A stretch of DNA of 26,775 nt, from contig CAJNVN010000274.1 in NCBI GenBank assembly GCA_905330535.1, positions 54,727 to 81,501 on the forward strand. The letters are read 5' to 3'. The stretch is from Rotaria sp. (lineage: Eukaryota). The first letter of the stretch is position 1, and each line of letters begins with the position of its first letter. Under the pieces are notes generated by a model. The model was not told where the DNA came from and ran no database searches. It saw only the letters and a program-made list of their open reading frames with translations. Both the position numbers and the translations under genes were made by a program. Shown here in pieces: positions 17,866-26,775 of this stretch.

Positions 17866-20434
17866 ATCCTAAATACTCTTTCAAACATAGTTAAATATCT
17901 CCCAAAAGCATTATAGTATACAACTAAGAATTTTACTATAGTCGCTTCACTCTTCGTCTACATCTACAGCCACTTCTGTTTCTTGCTTATCAAGCAGCTA
18001 CTTGAGATAACCTAAATAGTGAACAGTTATAATAGAATGGATGGAATTGTGTACTATTTTCTGCTTCATTTTCAAGTCTGATCTTTTCCAAAGACCGTCT
18101 CTAGATACTTTTGTACGAAAGCAAAAATTTTTGTATCTTTATTTTTAAATTTCTCTACCATGACATTAATGTTGAATGAACCATCGCTATTCTTACATAA
18201 TAGTTATTTAAATTAGTCAGTATGAGCTTGGGTCGTATTTTGTATTAGATTGGGCAGTATATAAAGTATAGGTACTAGCTATAAAATCAGTGTATGTTCA
18301 ACTGCTACGTGATTCGTAAAAACTATGCCAATAGAATATAAATAACTTAATGTCTAAATATTTTATCGAGTTACAACTTAAGTGATGAATATTTTCTGTA
18401 GACTTATTTGAACTCTCAGTCCTGATTTATTTGTAAAGAATGTTTGATGCATTACTTACAATGGTCTTCAATCTCTTTCACATGAGCTAATTTGAATCAA
18501 ATAAGATTGATTAGATTCAAAGAAGTTTTTCATGATTGGATTCAAAGTAAAACAATTTTTGTTGTCTATTTTCATAGGCACGTAAGGTCAAATTACATCA
18601 CAATGTAGTCCGAGGAGTGCTATGTTCTCAATAAAATTGTCATTGTTTTAAACTTATTTCCTTTCGACAAAAAGATAGAAAAATCTTACAATTTTATCAA
18701 AAATACTAGACTCGTTGGGCCACATTTCGATGTAACTGAGCTTTGGTTACTATGAAAATAGATCAGGAAGATTTTTTTACTTTAAATACACCCATGGAAA
18801 ACTACTGTTGCCAATAAAGAGTTATTAAAAAAATCCGACATTAGTTAAGACATAATTAAGGACTTATATGCCAGTCAGATAGTGTACAATTAGAAGACAA
18901 TTAAGCACGAGAGTTGTAAATGGTTAACTATTCAATGAAATTAGTTTTAGGATGATATCAATTAATGTTTGTACTTTTATCCACAGAAATACTCTTACTC
19001 TCACTTCAAAAGTACCGTTAAATGAAGAAAACATACTATAAACTGAATAAATCTGAAATCTAAAATACTAATCTCAATAAATTTCGAGTTTTAATATGTA
19101 CAGTGTTCTTCAAATACATTGATGCATGCCGTGCAAGGAGAAACATACTAGTTTATTGATAGAATAGCTTCTGCTAAAATGATTTCTATTACTCACGCAG
19201 TTCTATTGAAGCGAATTAATTATCATTATATATTGTCTTTTGAATAACAGTGATCCATATATATGTATGTCATCCTGGAGCTTCATCAAATTTTAGTGAA
19301 AAAAGTCACTAAAACCAAATCAAAAATTAAGCTAATTAAAATTCACAACAAATCAGAATAAGTTTTCTTCTAAAGTAGAGCACAACAACGGAAAAACTAT
19401 GTTTCAATATTTTTCGATGTCTGTAAATAATTATGTCAATCATAGTTTCGACGAAATTCACATCAACACTAATCATATACTTTAGAATAATTAAGCTCAT
19501 CATTCTGAAAAAACTTTGCTTTTGAGTGCGCTTCTAAATTTCTTGTAGATTTGCTAAAATATAAGTGTTAGTGTGTCTTACTAGATCTGCTGAGATTATA
19601 TATTTAAAATTATAGTAGATATAAATATATTGTCACTGACTGCTAATGGCATATCTTTCATTTTCTGGACGAAAAAATTTTCCTTTTCTCATGAATATTG
19701 GGATTTAAAGCAATAGTTAAAAGAGTTTCAGTGTGAATTATTTGTAAAAAAATTCCAGAAGAAATGGAAATAATACATGGAAGATAGCATTATAGAAAAA
19801 TTTATCAGAATAATAATAGAAATAAACATCGAATTCCGAGAAAAAAGTTGATGACGAGTTGTATCTCCTTTACAGTTATTCGTATCTTGTTTTTTGAACA
19901 TCTGCTTATACTACATCTCAACTGGCTCACAAATATCAATCACATGTGAAAAAGATTTCCAATGCTAAACTAATTTTTGTACAATATGTATTCTGGATTT
20001 TATTTCATTCATATGAAATATAATTCAAAGAATTTTTCGAACAATAGATAGAATAATTTCTGTGAATGAAACAATCTTTACATGCGCCAACCATCTAATT
20101 TTTTCCAAAGATATCATGTGTAAAGTATTTGCTCTTGCAGTCATAAAGTTTTGTGAGAGATAATCTAAAATGAGTGTTTAAAATATAAGTGGTAGAAACT
20201 TAGTTCCATTTTATTCTCTGTACTCTATAGACCGTTATAGATACTCTGAGATCATACCATTGACTGTGCAAACCGCTGTTGATACGCAATCCTTGATTGA
20301 ATATTAACAACCTCTTATTATACAATGCAGTCTCAACACTATCATTACATTGTGAAAGTCATATCTCAGTTCTTTTTTGAGATTACAGAATTGCAGCTTA
20401 ATATAGAACTCATAGAGAGTTGTTGAAAGAATTC

Positions 20435-20912
20435 ACAATGCTTTAGTTTACCAATTGATAGAATTACAGTATTATGCAGCGAGTTTTGAACAGCTGCAAC
20501 TAGGTATATTGACTTAAAATAAGAAGAAGAAAAAAAGACATGGTATGAAGACCAAACAGCAAGCAAAGGTTAATTAAGATTGCATTTCTTACCAATCTCC
20601 TAAGCAAAACACTTATGTTCTGCTTGTACACGAGCTTCTTTTCATTACGAATAAATCAGTTCTAAAAGTATCCTACTGAGTTTATACAATAAAGGAAAAA
20701 TTCATCAGTATTCGAGTGCACTATGTATATGAAAGTACTATTAGTGTTTTACCTAAGAAATTGATTCAAAATGTGATCTTAAAAAACGTTTGCTTGTCGT
20801 TTTGTCTTTGTACAAAGTATTATTTTAGTGCTTGCTGTAGTTCAATATACCTAGTTGCTGGAGTTCAAAATTACTATGATTCTATCAATTGGCAAGCAAA
20901 ATCATTATGAAT
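20435..20912. repeat. Diverged inverted repeat pair of ~70-80 bp arms (about 20435-20515 and 20835-20912)
   Basis: Reverse complement of the left arm (agtcaatatacctagttgcagctgttcaaaa...attctatcaattggtaaac) matches the right arm (agttcaatatacctagttgctggagttcaaaa...attctatcaattggcaagc). ORFs on opposite strands share SIYLVA(A/G)VQN. Confidence 0.75.
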
Positions 20913-23900
20913 TATTTCGGCAACTCTGTATGGATTCTACATTAAGCTATAAATCTAAAAATTTGATCATAAACTCATGAGCTCATGAGAATTCGCTGCC
21001 ACTATTTTCAATTGAATTGTTTGAACTCAATTCAAGTTATTGATACCGGCCTGGAAACTAGAACTTAACATTTTGTCAAGGTCTTCACTGTGAGCTTTAG
21101 ATGTTTGTCATTCCATGATAGCTTTCTATGAAACTTCTACGGTAGATAGATACATCAATATGTTTACCAATGAGACGTTGTGCGAACATGAATGCTAAAA
21201 AGTAACTGGGATACAACATTCATAATGTAATGGTAGTGTTGATTTGATAATTTTAATCTACATCAACGAATTCAAGACTGTAGACAAAATGAAATTTGAA
21301 CAACGGGCAGCTTCTAGAAAAAATGTTACTAAGTGAAATATTTTATGAGAACGATATGCACTAGATCAATAAAAGAGAATGCTGCCAATGTTTCTTAACA
21401 TATTTGAATATGAATCAAGATTCTATTTGTTCTGTTAGTCTTTAGTAGATGATATTATCTTATAATACATAGTTCGGAAACAGTTCTCTGAAACAAATTA
21501 TTGTTTCTATCTCTTACTTAGTGCTACTCTGATCGTTGTCATACATCAACGTGAATTATGTGAGGATTGACTTTTTGAAAGTAAACCTTTCTTTTTAAAA
21601 TTCTTTTTAATATTGCCTCTCAGATATATGGTTAGATCATCATATATGATAATTCCAAAAATAATACGAGGATACTTTTAAAATTTAGATTCAACGGAGA
21701 GAATAATTTCATGAAAAATAATTAATTGAAAAAAAAACATATTATTCAATCTGTATAGTGTGAGAGACATCCATCTTTAGAACTACAACTCGCATGTAAA
21801 TTTCCTAAAATTCTGTAGTTTTCATAATTTCGAAAAATCACACAACAGTGTTCAAGTTATTCTTGCCGGATTAGGATCAGCTGGTTTTAATACCATGTGC
21901 AATCTGCAAGATAGAATTTAGAAATGGTGTCATTTCTGAGTGTACTTTGTTCATTATCTCCACATGCAAAAGTTGAAATTGTTTGGACATAATGTGAAAT
22001 ATATTTTTCATTCAAAAATGATTTAGAGTTCTATAAAAAGTAGTTGAAACTGTTGCTCTCTATCATACCGTATATTATAATCTTATGCAAATAAAAAAAT
22101 ATATTATTTCCAGAAAGCAGAAGATTAATAAATAGAAAGTAGCTCAAATAGTAAAAATTAATATTTTAATGTTTGTCTTTCACCAAGAGAGATAGTTTTC
22201 ATCAGTTGTTTAATTCAAGTTTCAGTTTAAATGAATTTTCGATAGTCACCTTTTGATTAGTTTCCAAAAATTCCTGAAATTCTAATTCTATCGGATAAAT
22301 CAAAAAAAGCTTGATCCCTAACTGTTCTCAGTTGTTTTCTCAAGTAGTGACAACCAGAGATTTTCTGAATGTAGACTATTATTAAATAATCAATTGATAT
22401 GCCTTATTTCGAAGATATTTTTTCGAATGATGTGTAGAAATAACTCAAATATGGCTATCTGAGGACCTCTCTAGAACTATCATATGTCAATGGAAAACCA
22501 AAATGCTAAGAGAAAAAAAGAATAACTGTAATAGAAATACATTTCTAAGTGTTGCTCAATCTTTCTCTACTAGTGATCAAAGTAACGTTAAGAATTTCTC
22601 TTTCTTTTCTTTTTTCTCAACATTTTTCATGCATGTGTCGTGACTATCATTAATTATGTCTTGATTCATCATAATTATTGATAGTAATAGTCATAAAAAC
22701 AGATTGATTAGTCAATGTTGAATTTTGATATTCGTAAATTTAAGCGAATCATGATCAATTTATTGTTACAGATAGAATAAAACATGTGGACCAGTATTTT
22801 CTCTCTTGACATATCTACATGAATCAATATTTAGAATTAGAAGCAAGTTTTCATTCGTTTGTATATCGACTCTTATAGTTTACACCATTTATATGAAAAT
22901 TTCATTTGAAAATTAGAATGTGAGATTTTCATCTTTTTGATAAATTATTTTAAAAACTTATCGTTTAGTTAAGCATGAGTTATCACTGTGAAACTTATAA
23001 GTATGGCATTTTGAATAATAATACTTTTTGTATTATAAGTGTGTGAAATGTGAATGATAATGAAAACTCATTAAGGAATACGAAATATTCCATACTCTAC
23101 ATAGGTCAGATAGTAGACAATGTAACTTTATTGTAAATTATTTTTACTTGTGGTGCAAAAATTCATATTCATAAAAGTGATGTCAATAGAGTATAGTCGA
23201 TTTTAGATCATAGATTAGATATTACAAATGGATATTTTCTATATCTGTTCACGATGTAAATATGGATCAAATGAAGAAAGGAAAGACTATAAAGCTAGAA
23301 ATACGATAAAAAAATGAAGCATGTCTATGTTGAATAAATTAAATAGTCTAATTTTTTACAGCACCTTTTTTATGTTTTCAAATAAGACAAATATGATAAT
23401 ACTAAATAGAGTGAATAGAATAAATTTTCAAAAGAAGTTAGCTAGTTGACAAGTTAATGTATGCGAAATTGCGAATTGCCAAAAGAAGGACTGTTGTTTG
23501 AAAACTTGCTCTATATTCATTTCGATGGCAAGTGAGAATTATCAATAGAAAATTTTCACATGTATTTTTCTTAGTAGTAATATTTGTTTTTTGTCATCCA
23601 TATAGGAAAAAAACTTTATAGGAGTTTCTATTACCAACAAAAATAAAATTGCATTTTTTGACAATTCTTCTTGTACTATGAACATCTAATGTAAGAACAA
23701 AAGTGAACTTCCATAAAAAGTACTCTTTTCCTATTGAAAACAAAATATTAACTCGAGTCAAATCAACATGAAAAGTGCACTAACTGTTCTCATTGATTAA
23801 CTCAAATCTGTGACTTCATTCTTTTGAGCGTATGTAAATTATTTACATTTGCTTTTGTCAGAAAAGATAGAGTTATCGGAAATTCTTAATTTTCCGTACA

Positions 23901-26775
23901 TGTTTATTTATTTGCAATTACATACAGGCGAAACAATTTTATTACATGTAAATATTCAAGCGATTTGTATTAGGGTTTTAGAACTCAATTCTATATTCAT
24001 AAGAGTTTTATAGATAAGTACAATGTACGCGCATCTATCAGACTCTGTATTGAACATCTAAGAATTCTAGGGTCAAATTAAAATTTCAATGTATAATTCG
24101 TAAGTGAAAAGTTTAGTTTTCTTAGTTCAATCTCATTGAGTAATAATATTTCTGATGAATCGAAAATTCAACTAGTTTTATTAAAAAAAAACCAACTATC
24201 TATGGAGGGATCTTTATCGAACTGAGCAGTTTTTAATATGTTTACACTAAATCTCATCAAAAAGTCTAATGTATATTGACAAGCACTCATCAATGATTTT
24301 TTGCATTCAGGTAAATGTTTTGGATGACTTCTTCTAACTAGGATACTCAAATTTCCATTTTTACAAAGAATTCCTTATAACGGTCAAATTAGATCAAATC
24401 TCAACCGAAAAATTTCCCTTTTGTCCCACAATTCTAATCAATTTTGTTTAATATGTTATCAGTTGAATATTGTTGCATTCTGAAGATTCGAGCTTGTACT
24501 ACATTTATTTATATGACTTGATAAAAAAAAAAACTAAGAAATTTAGACAATGATAAACTCACTAACTATTTCCTTATGATTTACAGCAAGACATTTTTAT
24601 CTCATTAACACAAAGCAATATATGTAATAGATCCATTGTAGAATTATGTGATGAAAAGACATTAGTAAGCTAGCTATTTTTGAGTGTCCTGTATGAATAT
24701 TAAATAGATAAACAGTATTTTCTTTTGATCATGGTCATAAAATCAATCACTGAGATTATAAACAATAATACCATGAAAATTATGTGTTGAATCAATTTTG
24801 AAGGGTGTTATCAAAAACCTAAAAATGTTCGTGAAGCATTTTCTGTAATTCAAACCACTTTCTACTATGAAATAAACAGTAATAAGTTAGCATAATAATT
24901 TTCTGACAGCAAAAAAAATTAAATAGTCTGAAACGAATCGTCATCTTAATATTGTTCAAATGAATTCCTGCTAATATCTGAAATACCATTTTAGTGTAGA
25001 AAATAAAATTTCGATAATTGTAGAGCTATAAAGTTATTATTTCGAACAGAGTAGATCACAATATAAAATTAGGCTTTGAGTAATCAAGATTTTTTTTTAA
25101 CACTTCATATGACAAGTCAATGAGCTGAATATCGCTAAGAGTGTAAAACCACAGACTGAAAATAAGTTTCACTAGAGGATGTGAATGAGAGTTAAAAGAA
25201 GGATTACAGTCATACTCATACTCTTTCGAAAGAAAAAGAATAGATGAAAGTAAATTCAATTATAAGAGTAAACTAAGTAATGTATTTTACAGAGTATATG
25301 TTGTCGTGTATAAAAATAAAATTTTCTCAACACTTTATGGAGTCTGAGTCAATTTAAACAAAATTTTCCTCTGAATGAAAAAAATATGTTAGATTAAACT
25401 TTTTGGATATTTTTCTAATTTACAAGTTGAAAAAGAGTCATATTGTTGTAAGCACGAAGTTTGTTGAATAATTCTCCTTTTTTTTTCTTAGTGATATTCA
25501 ATGATCGAACTTAATGTCTTTCTAAATAAAAATGAAAAGCATCTTGACATCTATTATTAATATGTATTTCTTTTTATTTACAAAACTTCGTCTTAAGCCG
25601 AAATCCAAGACAGATCCCGTAAAATTTTGAAAAATTGTTCAACTCTAACTAAAAAAATAATTTTAAAGATAAAAATTAAATAAAAAACATTGAGTCAGTT
25701 CTCGAAAGAGTAAAACAGATTGAAACTTGATTATTTTCAGAAAGAAATAACAACCTGGAAAACACTAAAACAAATAAAATTTTATCAAAATTTGCTCAAG
25801 TCAACTGAGATCATACATAAGAAATTGCTTTATTGAAGATTGGTTCTTTATTTCTTTACATCATGTTTAGCATTCTACTCAATAAAATATATCTTCTATA
25901 TTTGTTTTAATTCTTAGTGAATGTTTTTCGAAAATGTACCATTTAGCTAATAATAGTAATTCAGTGGATAAACTTTAGATGATTATTTCACTTGTTCCTG
26001 AGTGTTCAATCTCTGAACTGAATACGTATTAAAATGCTTAAAAATATTCATAATTATAATGATGCAAAACGGTCACAAAAATACCTGAAAATGGTTTTAA
26101 AAAATTGCAAAATAAAATGTTAATAACACAAATGATTTTTTCCCATTATTTCTGGCCTATTTTGCCGATAGGAAAATTACTGATAAATTTGAAAAAGTTA
26201 AATACTGTTCGACAAATTTATTTCAATTTTAGTTATTTATTACAATTTAAATGACGTTTCTTTCTTCTTTGGAGATAATCTTTTCAATGTTTCATAAAAA
26301 TTGTACAAATAAATTAATCACAAAAACAAAATGGAAGAAGAATAGAACAGTTTATAATACCAAGCAGGTGGGCGCGATTCTTTTTCATACCACTATGAAA
26401 TTAGACTAAAAGAAATATATAACATATTCTATTTTTCTTTCATTTTGTTTTGTTTTTGCGATTAATTTATTTGGACGAGTTTTATAAAGCATTGAAAAGA
26501 TCATCTTTGAAGAAGAAAGAAGCGTCACTTAAATTGTAATAAATTTGTCGAACAACATTTAACTATCTCAAATTTATTATTTTTGACCTTTTCGGTCAAT
26601 CTGTATTATACACACACAAAAATTACTTTAATCGTTTTTTAACAATTGAATCGTACTGTAATTTTGTGTTTACTTTGATACTCTTCGTATACTATGGCGA
26701 TTATGTGTAAAGTACATAGGACAAAAATTCAAGGAAGTGATTTAAAATCAGAAAAAACATTATAAGCTTATCAAA

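Noticed and set aside
17559-17888. 109-aa minus-strand ORF
   Set aside because: Lys/Phe-rich, with internal similarity explained by A/T runs and the paired stem-loops; no family recognised.
1-26775. tRNA, rRNA, spliced-leader RNA, CRISPR or prokaryotic operon features
   Set aside because: No convincing cloverleaf B-box, rRNA-like, spliced-leader or regular-spacer repeat pattern was seen, and the intron-rich architecture is eukaryotic.

Overview
AT-rich eukaryotic DNA with canonical GT..AG introns. The one gene I can support is a + strand, intron-rich gene for a divergent TRPM-like (melastatin-type TRP) cation channel. Exons chain in consistent phase from ~3391 to ~10512. They cover the C-terminal part of the N-terminal melastatin homology region, the pre-S1 region, S1-S6 with the pore segment (FGQVAE), and the TRP helix (NTIWRYQRF...LPPPF). 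The tail ends with tandem KNQAEGF heptads, and no kinase or NUDIX domain is visible. Unusual points: a ~60-residue Lys/Glu-rich repeat insert inside the N-terminal homology region, the short C-terminal heptad array, an ambiguous acceptor before S1, no recognisable N-terminal half in the 3.2 kb upstream, and a possible exon of a second TRPM-like copy at the left edge. From ~10.5 to 26.8 kb little is interpretable: one orphan exon-like ORF (14916-15000), what look like the eroded ends of a ~1.7 kb DNA transposon (12802-14496), and several inverted repeats. No RNA genes, CRISPR array or prokaryote-type defence system is visible. All homology calls are from recalled motifs; no database search was run.
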